The translations under genes were made by a program, and so were the position numbers. A stretch of DNA of 21,157 nt from contig JABCSY010000070.1 of assembly GCA_018238625.1 (NCBI GenBank), positions 1 through 21,157 on the forward strand. The letters are read 5' to 3'. Source of the stretch: Promethearchaeota archaeon (GTDB lineage: Archaea; Asgardarchaeota; Lokiarchaeia; Sigyniarchaeales; SOKP01). This document shows positions 1 through 7,378 of this stretch, piece by piece (the stretch's first letter is position 1; each line of letters begins with the position of its first letter). Below the pieces are notes generated by a model. The model had not been told where the DNA came from. It did no database searches and saw only the letters and a program-made list of their open reading frames with translations.

Positions 1-83
1 AAATTCAATACGCCCATTATTACAGTTGGAAAATTATCTCCTATTTCTAAAAAATCAAAAAGTTTCGCATAAATTTCATTCAT
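1..83 (-). CDS. folP: Dihydropteroate synthase (FolP/pterin-binding family), N-terminal 27 aa; gene continues off the left edge
   Basis: Manual translation of the reverse complement from ATG at 83: MNEIYAKLFDFLEIGDNFPTVIMGVLN(L/F), open to the edge. 'PTVIMGVLN' matches the DHPS strand-1 motif (P-x-I/V-M-G-I/V-L-N-x-T/S-P-D/E-S-F). Only the start of the motif is visible. Confidence 0.7.
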   Translation of the reverse strand, partial: MNEIYAKLFDFLEIGDNFPTVIMGVLN

Positions 84-214
84 AGTCGCTATCTATAATT
101 GTAAAAAAATATTTCAAATATATGTTATTCTTTTAGAGCTTAAAACCTTATTAATACTTTTATATCTGATTTTCTTTATAATTATTAGAATAATACATTT
201 AAAAGGTTAATAAA

Positions 215-484
215 ATGGATATTATAGTTTCAAAAGAAGAAATAATAGAGTATGAAAAATTAAAAGTTATTAGTGAAATCACTTTGACAAAAGAAAAAAC
301 AACTCTTTTTGAAAAGAAGTATGGGTGCTCTATAGACTCTTTTAGAAAGGGAATGGAGGAGACTGACGAGAGTTTTGAAGAATGGGATGATTATATCGAA
401 TGGAAGGCTAATTTTGAATTATTAAAGGATTTAGAAAACAAATTAATTAAACTAAACAATGCAAAAAACATTAAAATTGTTTAA
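215..484 (+). CDS. Small acidic helical protein, putative antitoxin (TumA-like) of the downstream DUF6516 gene
   Basis: 89 aa; 'FEKKYGCSIDSF...EEWDDYIEW' pattern typical of small archaeal antitoxin-like proteins; overlaps the downstream gene by 26 nt. Confidence 0.6.
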   Translation: MDIIVSKEEIIEYEKLKVISEITLTKEKTTLFEKKYGCSIDSFRKGMEETDESFEEWDDYIEWKANFELLKDLENKLIKLNNAKNIKIV

Positions 485-806
485 AAAGAGTCGAATAATT
501 AAAAAACACACGATTCTTGATTATAAATCTGGTTCTAAAGCGCAATACTTAAAAGCTAAAGTGGAACTAATAAATGGAGATTTATTGTTTCTAAAAGAAT
601 ATATTTCTTCGACTGAACATTTATATTTATATCATTGGCAAAAAGCAAATGGAGATTTGATAATTAGATGGGATAACTCGCCACACCATAAATCTTTAAC
701 AACTTATCCTCATCATAAGCATTGTCCAGATTTGGAAGAATCTTATGAAATAACTTTTGAAGATGTAATAGAAGTTATTAAAAAGATTATGAAAAAGGGA
801 AAATAA
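459..806 (+). CDS. DUF6516 / TumE-family putative toxin
   Basis: Motif 'YLYHWQ...LIIRWDNSPHH...TYPHHKH' characteristic of DUF6516; 115 aa; two-gene operon layout. Confidence 0.75.
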   Translation: MQKTLKLFKKSRIIKKHTILDYKSGSKAQYLKAKVELINGDLLFLKEYISSTEHLYLYHWQKANGDLIIRWDNSPHHKSLTTYPHHKHCPDLEESYEITFEDVIEVIKKIMKKGK

Positions 807-862
807 ATGCCAGAGATGTACCTATTTCTTATTTAAATGAAATAGAATTTTTAAGATGCAAA

Positions 863-883
863 TCTGTACAATAATAGTACAGA
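863..883. promoter_or_regulatory. 7-bp perfect inverted repeat (TCTGTAC-N7-GTACAGA) upstream of the cofE-like gene; possible operator or hairpin
   Basis: Seen directly in the intergenic sequence, 40 nt upstream of ATG 924; function unknown. Confidence 0.3.
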
Positions 884-923
884 CAAAAAAATATTTCAAA
901 TAAGTTTAATTCTTTTAATCACC

Positions 924-1721
924 ATGGAATTATTTTCAATAAGGCTCCCTCTAATTAAAGAGAATGATCCATTATTAAGAATTTTAATAGAGCAGCTTAA
1001 AAGAGAAGGAGAATCGTTAAAAGAAGGAGATGTCATTGTTATCGCAGAAAAAGTGATTGCTACTTCCCAGGGGAGGGTTAGAATTTTATCTGATGTGAAA
1101 AACATCTCAGATAAGGCTAAAGATTTGGCTAACAAGTACGATATGGACGAAAGATACATAGAACTCATTTTAGAAGAATCTACTATGATATTAGGGGGTT
1201 TAACACACGTTATTTTGGCAAAAGTTAACGATTTTTTAATCGCAAATGCCGGGATCGATCAATCCAACGCCGGTCCAAATAAGGTTATTTTATTACCAGA
1301 AAATCTTAATCAAGTTGTTTGGGAATATTGGAGAGATTTAAGAAAAGAATTCAAAATAAAAAACCTTGGAGTAATTATTGCCGATTCGAGAGTTCAGCCT
1401 CTCAGAAAGGGAACTATTGGCATAGCAATAGCTACAGCCGGTTTTGAGCCAATTGAAGATTTACGTGGGCATCCAGATTTATTTAACCGTCCATTAGAAA
1501 TTACGATGAGAGCTATCGCAGATGACCTTACAAGCGCAGCCCAATTTCTTTTGGGTGAAGCGGATCAACAGACGCCTGTAGTAATCATACGTGGCAGTAA
1601 TATAGAATTCACTGAAAATCCACAATTAACCACGGAAATGTCTCCCGAAGAATGTCTTTATATGAATATTTTCTCTAAATACCTCCTGAAAAAGAAAGAA
1701 GATTCAATAGATAAAATTTAA
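924..1721 (+). CDS. cofE: CofE-family gamma-glutamyl ligase (F420-0:L-glutamate ligase or FolC2-like)
   Basis: Motifs 'GDVIVIAEKVIATSQGR', 'ANAGIDQSN', 'GVIIADSR..PLRKG', 'DLFNRPLEIT', 'GEADQQTPVVIIRG'. Confidence 0.88.
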   Translation: MELFSIRLPLIKENDPLLRILIEQLKREGESLKEGDVIVIAEKVIATSQGRVRILSDVKNISDKAKDLANKYDMDERYIELILEESTMILGGLTHVILAKVNDFLIANAGIDQSNAGPNKVILLPENLNQVVWEYWRDLRKEFKIKNLGVIIADSRVQPLRKGTIGIAIATAGFEPIEDLRGHPDLFNRPLEITMRAIADDLTSAAQFLLGEADQQTPVVIIRGSNIEFTENPQLTTEMSPEECLYMNIFSKYLLKKKEDSIDKI

Positions 1722-1747
1722 AAATATAATAGAACCAAAATAAAATC

Positions 1748-2296
1748 ATGTCATTTGTTCCAAAAGAAGTATTCTTTGTAAAAGGAAAAGGTTATCATAA
1801 ATCTAAGTTAGGAGCTTTTGAACAAGCGCTTAGAAATGCGGGAATTGAAAAGTATAATTTAGTCAATGTTTCCTCGATCTTACCTCCCCATTGTGTTGAA
1901 ATAAGTAAGAAAAATGGTTTAGAACTACTACTTCCAGGACAGATCCTTTATATTGTTATGTCTAGAGCAGAGTCTAAAGAATTAAATCGCATAGTTTGCG
2001 CATCTATAGGTGTTGCAATGCCTGCTGATAAGGATCAGTACGGATATTTAAGTGAACATCATACACTTGGGGAAAAACCAGAAAAAACAGGGGATTACGC
2101 TGAAGATTTAGCGGTAGAAATGTTAGCTACAACTCTGGGTTTTTCTTTTGATCCCAACGCTAATTACGATGAAAAACGCGAAGTCTTTAAAATGGGAGGA
2201 AAAATCGTTGTTACTAAAAATATAACTGAATATGCTACTGCTAGGAATAAAGACGAGTGGGCTTCTGTTTTAGCAGCAGCAGTATTTATTATATAA
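1748..2296 (+). CDS. pdaD: Pyruvoyl-dependent arginine decarboxylase
   Basis: 'AFEQALRNAGIEKYNLVNVSSILPP' with the Ser-Ser self-cleavage site; 'GYLSEHH'; C-terminal 'LAAAVF'. Confidence 0.92.
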   Translation: MSFVPKEVFFVKGKGYHKSKLGAFEQALRNAGIEKYNLVNVSSILPPHCVEISKKNGLELLLPGQILYIVMSRAESKELNRIVCASIGVAMPADKDQYGYLSEHHTLGEKPEKTGDYAEDLAVEMLATTLGFSFDPNANYDEKREVFKMGGKIVVTKNITEYATARNKDEWASVLAAAVFII

Positions 2297-2396
2297 TTGA
2301 ATTTCTAAATGTCTCTGAAAAATTAAAATTTGATGATTAATTTTGATAAGCTAGTTTCATAATTAAATCTTAAATAAGAAATTTCTTTTAAAAAAA

Positions 2397-3698
2397 ATGA
2401 AGGAATCAAAATATACAACCATTGATGAAGCTCTGAAAAAGGATTTGACCAATGTGTATTTGAGAGGTTGGGTGTACCGGCAAAGAGCGTCAAATAAATT
2501 CGTTTTTATTGTTTTAAGGGACGAATCGGACGTAATACAATGCGTTATCTCTAAAAGCAAAAATGCAGAACTTTTTGAAAAAGCTGAAAAGCTCACAATT
2601 GAATCTTCAATTAAAATTTCAGGCGAACTAAAAGAGGATGTAAGAGCTCCCTCCGGATTTGAAGTTTCTGTATCGGATATGGAAATTATCCAAATTGCTG
2701 ATCCATTCCCTATTACTGAACACCAGTCACCTGAACTCCTTTATGATAATCGACACCTATGGTTAAGATCTAGAAAATTGAATGCAGTTTTAAAAATTCG
2801 ACACACAGTTGTAGGCGCAATCCACGATTTCTTTAGAAATCAAGGTTATTACGAATTTGACGCACCAATTTTCCAACCTAGCCAATCTGAAGGCGGTGCA
2901 ACACTGTTTGAAGTTAAATATTTTGAAGATATAATGTATCTAAGTCAAACATGGCAATTGTACGCTGAGGCCGGGATCTTTTCTTTGGGGAAGATATATA
3001 ATATGGGTCCAACATTCCGGGCCGAAAAGTCAAAAACTTCAAGACATTTAGCAGAATTTTGGATGGCTGAAATGGAAGCTGCTTGGATGACGCTTGAAGA
3101 GGCTACAGAAGTTGCTAAAGACGAAATTAGGTTTATTGTACAAGAAGTTTTAAAACGTAACAAGAAAGAACTTGAAATATTAGAGAGAGACGTTACGTTA
3201 CTAGAACATTACGCGAAAGCGGAATATCCAACAATCAAATACGCAGAAGCTTTAGATATCCTTAATAATAAATACCAAATGGACGTTCCTTGGGGTAAGG
3301 ATTTAAGAACAAAAGAAGAAGAAAAAATAGCTGAACATTTTAAGGTTCCTGTAGTCGTCACTCATTATCCTATAGAAATTATGGGTTTTTATAAACCACC
3401 TAGCGAAGAAAATCCCAAAGAAGCACTATGTTTTGACATGTTAGCTCCAGAAGGATATTGTGAAATTATAGGCGGGTCGGAAAGAAGTTTATTAGTTGAC
3501 GACATGAAAAAAAGATTAAAAGCAGAAGGCGAAAATCCAGAGATTTATGACTGGTATTTTGCTTTAAGGCGTTATGGTAGCGTTCCTCATTCAGGTTATG
3601 GTTTAGGCGTGGAACGGGTCGTTCAATGGATGTGTGGGTTAGATAACATTAAAGACGCCATTCCGTTTCCTCGCACTCTAACGCGAAAAAAGCCTTGA
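2397..3698 (+). CDS. asnS: Asparagine--tRNA ligase (archaeal-type AsnRS)
   Basis: N-terminal OB fold (LRGWVYR, FIVLRD); 'YLSQTWQLY'; motif 2 'FRAEKSKTSRHLAEFWMAEMEAAW'; motif 3 'GSVPHSGYGLGVER'; 'FPR'. Resembles AsnRS rather than AspRS (no 'QSPQLYKQ' or 'GxPPHGG'). Confidence 0.92.
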   Translation: MKESKYTTIDEALKKDLTNVYLRGWVYRQRASNKFVFIVLRDESDVIQCVISKSKNAELFEKAEKLTIESSIKISGELKEDVRAPSGFEVSVSDMEIIQIADPFPITEHQSPELLYDNRHLWLRSRKLNAVLKIRHTVVGAIHDFFRNQGYYEFDAPIFQPSQSEGGATLFEVKYFEDIMYLSQTWQLYAEAGIFSLGKIYNMGPTFRAEKSKTSRHLAEFWMAEMEAAWMTLEEATEVAKDEIRFIVQEVLKRNKKELEILERDVTLLEHYAKAEYPTIKYAEALDILNNKYQMDVPWGKDLRTKEEEKIAEHFKVPVVVTHYPIEIMGFYKPPSEENPKEALCFDMLAPEGYCEIIGGSERSLLVDDMKKRLKAEGENPEIYDWYFALRRYGSVPHSGYGLGVERVVQWMCGLDNIKDAIPFPRTLTRKKP

Positions 3699-4038
3699 GG
3701 AATTTAGGAGAAGGATAGGTGATGCTATGACTCAAATCTTATAAGTGGGATGTTTAAATGGAAGTATGTGAATATGTTTCTCTTCAATAAGGATCCTAAT
3801 CTCCTCATATGGCATATAACCGTGCCTAATATTAATCGAAATAAGTTTTAAATAACCAAAATTAATTTATCTTTAATAAAAGATTCAGGGAACTTTATAG
3901 AGTTTGTAGAATCATTACAAGATCTCTTTTAATATCCTTTTAAATTTAACTAAGATAAACTCTATGATTTATGAAATTGTGTGTTAATAAATATATTTAA
4001 TGACAGAAACAATTTAGAAATTAATTAGAAATAAATTT

Positions 4039-5433
4039 TTATGGACGCTTTCGATCTAAGCTATTAGTATAGCTCTGTAATAATCTCTTAAACACGTCAG
4101 GACCGAGAGTCAACCTATAGAACCCTTTAGAAATAACTAGCTTATCAAATACGAACATTTTATCCCCTGGATTCACCTTTACTCTTACTTCGTTCCTAAT
4201 TCCAAATAAATTTTTGATCTCTTCTAATATATCTCTGCTAACAGAGTAAATCTGAGCACTATATTTGCCAGCTCGAGGATTTGTCCTCCCATTATATCGA
4301 CCATCTCCATCAAAAAAACCAAGAAGCCATGCATGAGCAACTTTTCCATAGCTTGTCTCTGACCAAGGAACATCTATATTTTCCGCTTCCTTTTTAGCTA
4401 ACCTAATAGCTTCTTTTATAATAGGAAGAACACTTATTCTATCACTTTTAAGCTCAGATAGACCTAACTCCGTCAATGCATTATACATAGACTTACACGA
4501 AAATTTAACCTCATTAGTCTTATATACTTTTATTTCAGAATTATAACATTGGATTCGTACTCGATAAAGAATCCGGCTCTCATCAAATCCAACTAATTCA
4601 CCAAACTTCTTAAGATGGTCTTCATCTTTAATTGATAAATCAACCCCAATCTCATAATTATTTCTAACATTGGAAACATAACCATCAGCACAAAGAAATC
4701 CAAACCAATACGCTACCGTTGGACTTTGGAGTATATCTGAAAAAAAGTTCGGATTTGTAATTGTATATTGTTGTCCACTATATTCCTTTAGGTCAGGATT
4801 AAGAGAAATAAATCTCTCAATTATATCTAAGACTTTCCTAAATGAAAACTTAAATACACTTAAATTGTCAACTAATCCGCCTAATACTTCTTTACTAAAT
4901 GCGAAAGAAGGATTAAAATTAGGATTATCACGATCTTCTAATCGCTTTGAAATTGTTGATATATAATTATGCGCCATTCCAAATAAAAAGCTTAATTCGG
5001 TCTTCGACACCTTTACTTCACCAGAAATTCTACCTAATTCATTCTTGAATTTATCAATAAATTCAAACATAGTAATTTCATCACTTTTATACTGTCGAGT
5101 TATCTCAATAAGACCTATGGATTTCGCACCAAAAGTATTAATAGATTTCTCTTTAAGAATATTCAAATCATTTTCCTTAATTTCATACATTGGATTTTGA
5201 TTTTGTTTATAATATTTTTTACCTTCGATAAATTTATCATTTCCCTTCCAAAATTGTGATAAATCTACATCTGAAAAATGGTAAACTCTTTCAGGAAATA
5301 TTTTTGCTAATGCTTCGGGCTGACTTTCTAGCTCATTAAATAAGTCTTGTATAAATTTTATTGTAGAATAAGATTGTAGTTTAGAATGCGCTTGCCTAGT
5401 CTTATCAACACTCTCTTGATCCATTTTTGTCAT
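4039..5433 (-). CDS. Free-standing two-motif LAGLIDADG homing endonuclease-like protein with ~225-aa N-terminal extension
   Basis: Motif 1 'AYWFGFLCADG' (D250) preceded by 'NPNFFSDI'; 'DLSIKDEDHLKKF'; motif 2 'AWLLGFFDGDG' (D377); 'SRDILEEIKNLF'. No intein termini. Confidence 0.85.
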   Translation of the reverse strand: MTKMDQESVDKTRQAHSKLQSYSTIKFIQDLFNELESQPEALAKIFPERVYHFSDVDLSQFWKGNDKFIEGKKYYKQNQNPMYEIKENDLNILKEKSINTFGAKSIGLIEITRQYKSDEITMFEFIDKFKNELGRISGEVKVSKTELSFLFGMAHNYISTISKRLEDRDNPNFNPSFAFSKEVLGGLVDNLSVFKFSFRKVLDIIERFISLNPDLKEYSGQQYTITNPNFFSDILQSPTVAYWFGFLCADGYVSNVRNNYEIGVDLSIKDEDHLKKFGELVGFDESRILYRVRIQCYNSEIKVYKTNEVKFSCKSMYNALTELGLSELKSDRISVLPIIKEAIRLAKKEAENIDVPWSETSYGKVAHAWLLGFFDGDGRYNGRTNPRAGKYSAQIYSVSRDILEEIKNLFGIRNEVRVKVNPGDKMFVFDKLVISKGFYRLTLGPDVFKRLLQSYTNSLDRKRP

Positions 5434-5895
5434 ATATAATTAATGGAAATACTCTCTTTTAATTGATTACTCCCCAAAGATTTATCAATTTCTGGTTCTC
5501 TCAGATTTCAGGAGTATTTTTGATATATTAGATTCGTCTGCGAAGGGAATTTTAAGAAATGCATTAGGTTTAACATAAAAAAGGTAAAAACTCTGACACT
5601 CTTCAATCTCAATCTAACCTCAATATAATTAAATTCAGAATAAGATAATAATGATTACTAAATTACATTCAGAATTTATTATTACTATTTGAATCACCTT
5701 CTAATTTAATGTTAAATATTATTTTGTTAAATAAATATAAAAAATAATTTGTTTTGGATTTAAACTTTCAGCAAGGAAATAGCAAAATGAATCCAATTAA
5801 AAATAAGTAAAGTTTTTAGTTTACTAGTATTTATAAGTTTAAAAAAATAAGGATAGACTGTTTTTAACTGATTCTCTTTTTGTGATTTGGTGTCA

Positions 5896-7377
5896 ATGAA
5901 GCTCTATGAATACATGGGATATGAATTAATTGAAAAAGTAATAAATAGAGAAATCACCATTCAAGATGTAATTCAAACGTCATTTGACAGAATTGAGGCA
6001 ACTGATAATCTTATTCATTCTTTTGTTAAACTATCCAAAGATAAAGCACTTAAAAAAGCAAAAGAATGCGATATAAAAATACAAAAAGGTCAAAAAGTGG
6101 GGAGGCTTTATGGATTACCTTTTGCAAATAAAGATTTGATCTGCTTAAAGGGTTTTCCTACGACTTGTTGTTCAAAAATACTAAGGGGTTATCGCCCGCC
6201 ATACAATGCTTCCGTTATTGAAAGCTTAGTAGAAAAAGAGGGAGCAATTCACATTGGAAATACAAATATGGACGAATTTGCGATGGGAAGTTCTACAGAA
6301 TCGAGCTGTTATGGCCCCACCTATAACCCTTGGGATTTATCTAGAGTGCCTGGAGGTTCGAGCGGAGGGAGTGCTACAGCTATCGCATCGGGACAGGCTA
6401 TTTTTGCAATAGGAAGCGATACAGGAGGTAGTATTAGGTGTCCAGCATCTTTCTGCGGAGTTGTGGGATTGAAACCTACTTATGGTAGAGTTTCACGATA
6501 TGGATTAGTTGCCTTTGCAAATTCATTGGATCAAATTGGTCCCATTACTAAGTGTGTATACGATTCAGCGTTAATGCTTGAAATAATATCGGGTAAAGAT
6601 CCACTCGATTCTACCTCAGTAGATGTTAAAGTTGATAAATATACAGAAGAAATCAAAAATCCCATCGAAAAAAAAGTAATTGGAATTCCAAAAGAGTTTT
6701 TCGGTGATGGGATTGAAGCAGAAGTAGAAAGTTCTGTAAAGAAATCAATCGAAAAATTAGAAAATTTAGGAGCATCCACCGTTGAAATATCAATTCCACA
6801 TCTTGAATATACCATTGCAACATATTACTTACTCTGTATGTGCGAAGCAAGCTCGAATCTAGCGAGGTTTGACGGTTTAAGATATGGAAACATGAGCGAG
6901 GACCTTTCTGGCGACACTTTCGAAGTATTTAGTAGAACAAGAGGGAAATATTTTGGTCCAGAAGTAAGACGGAGAATTTTCTTAGGAACCTATGCGTTAT
7001 CTGCGGGATACTACGATAAGTTCTATATTAAAGCGCTTAAAGTTAGATCATTGATTAAAAACGATTTCGTCAAAGCCTTTAAAAAGTGTGACTCTATCGT
7101 TTGTCCAACAATGCCTTCAACAGCATTCAAAGCTGGAGCGTTAATTGATGACCCGTTGCAAATGTATATAATAGATATATTAACTTGCTCTGTTAATCTT
7201 GCGGGCATTCCAGCGTTAACAATCCCATGTGGTTTTGATAGTAATAATTTACCTATAGGTTTTCAAATAATTGGGGATTATTTTGATGAAAAAGGCGTCC
7301 TCAACATTGGTTATCAACTTGAACAAGAACTAAATGTTTATCGAAAAATTGCGCCTGTTGTAAGCGGAGGTAAATAA
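5896..7377 (+). CDS. gatA: Asp-tRNA(Asn)/Glu-tRNA(Gln) amidotransferase subunit A
   Basis: Amidase signature 'NKDL', 'TNMDEFAMGSSTE', 'PGGSSGGS', 'GSDTGGSIRCPASFCGVVGLKPTYGRVSRYG', 'EASSNLARFDG'. ATG at 5896 preferred; TTG at 5887 is the alternative. Confidence 0.96.
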   Translation: MKLYEYMGYELIEKVINREITIQDVIQTSFDRIEATDNLIHSFVKLSKDKALKKAKECDIKIQKGQKVGRLYGLPFANKDLICLKGFPTTCCSKILRGYRPPYNASVIESLVEKEGAIHIGNTNMDEFAMGSSTESSCYGPTYNPWDLSRVPGGSSGGSATAIASGQAIFAIGSDTGGSIRCPASFCGVVGLKPTYGRVSRYGLVAFANSLDQIGPITKCVYDSALMLEIISGKDPLDSTSVDVKVDKYTEEIKNPIEKKVIGIPKEFFGDGIEAEVESSVKKSIEKLENLGASTVEISIPHLEYTIATYYLLCMCEASSNLARFDGLRYGNMSEDLSGDTFEVFSRTRGKYFGPEVRRRIFLGTYALSAGYYDKFYIKALKVRSLIKNDFVKAFKKCDSIVCPTMPSTAFKAGALIDDPLQMYIIDILTCSVNLAGIPALTIPCGFDSNNLPIGFQIIGDYFDEKGVLNIGYQLEQELNVYRKIAPVVSGGK

Positions 7378-7378
7378 T

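Noticed and set aside
3696-3765. asnS ends in TGA followed by GGA ATT TAG, with an ATGA-containing weak hairpin downstream; considered selenocysteine readthrough with a SECIS
   Set aside because: The protein already ends at the usual AsnRS C-terminal Pro, AsnRS is not a selenoprotein, and the hairpin lacks convincing SECIS geometry.
5633-5690. Imperfect direct repeat ATTCAGAAT...ATTACTA
   Set aside because: Two short AT-rich copies with unequal spacing; not CRISPR-like and not distinguishable from background.
3711-5856. AAGGATAG present on both sides of the endonuclease region as a possible target-site duplication
   Set aside because: 8-mer in AT-rich DNA with no supporting terminal repeats; compatible with chance.
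3699-5895. gatC gene or remnant, or an intron/intein host around the LAGLIDADG ORF
   Set aside because: Only short ORFs (e.g. 3750..3851, 33 aa) without GatC motifs; asnS and gatA are both intact; no intein Cys/Ser start or His-Asn end.
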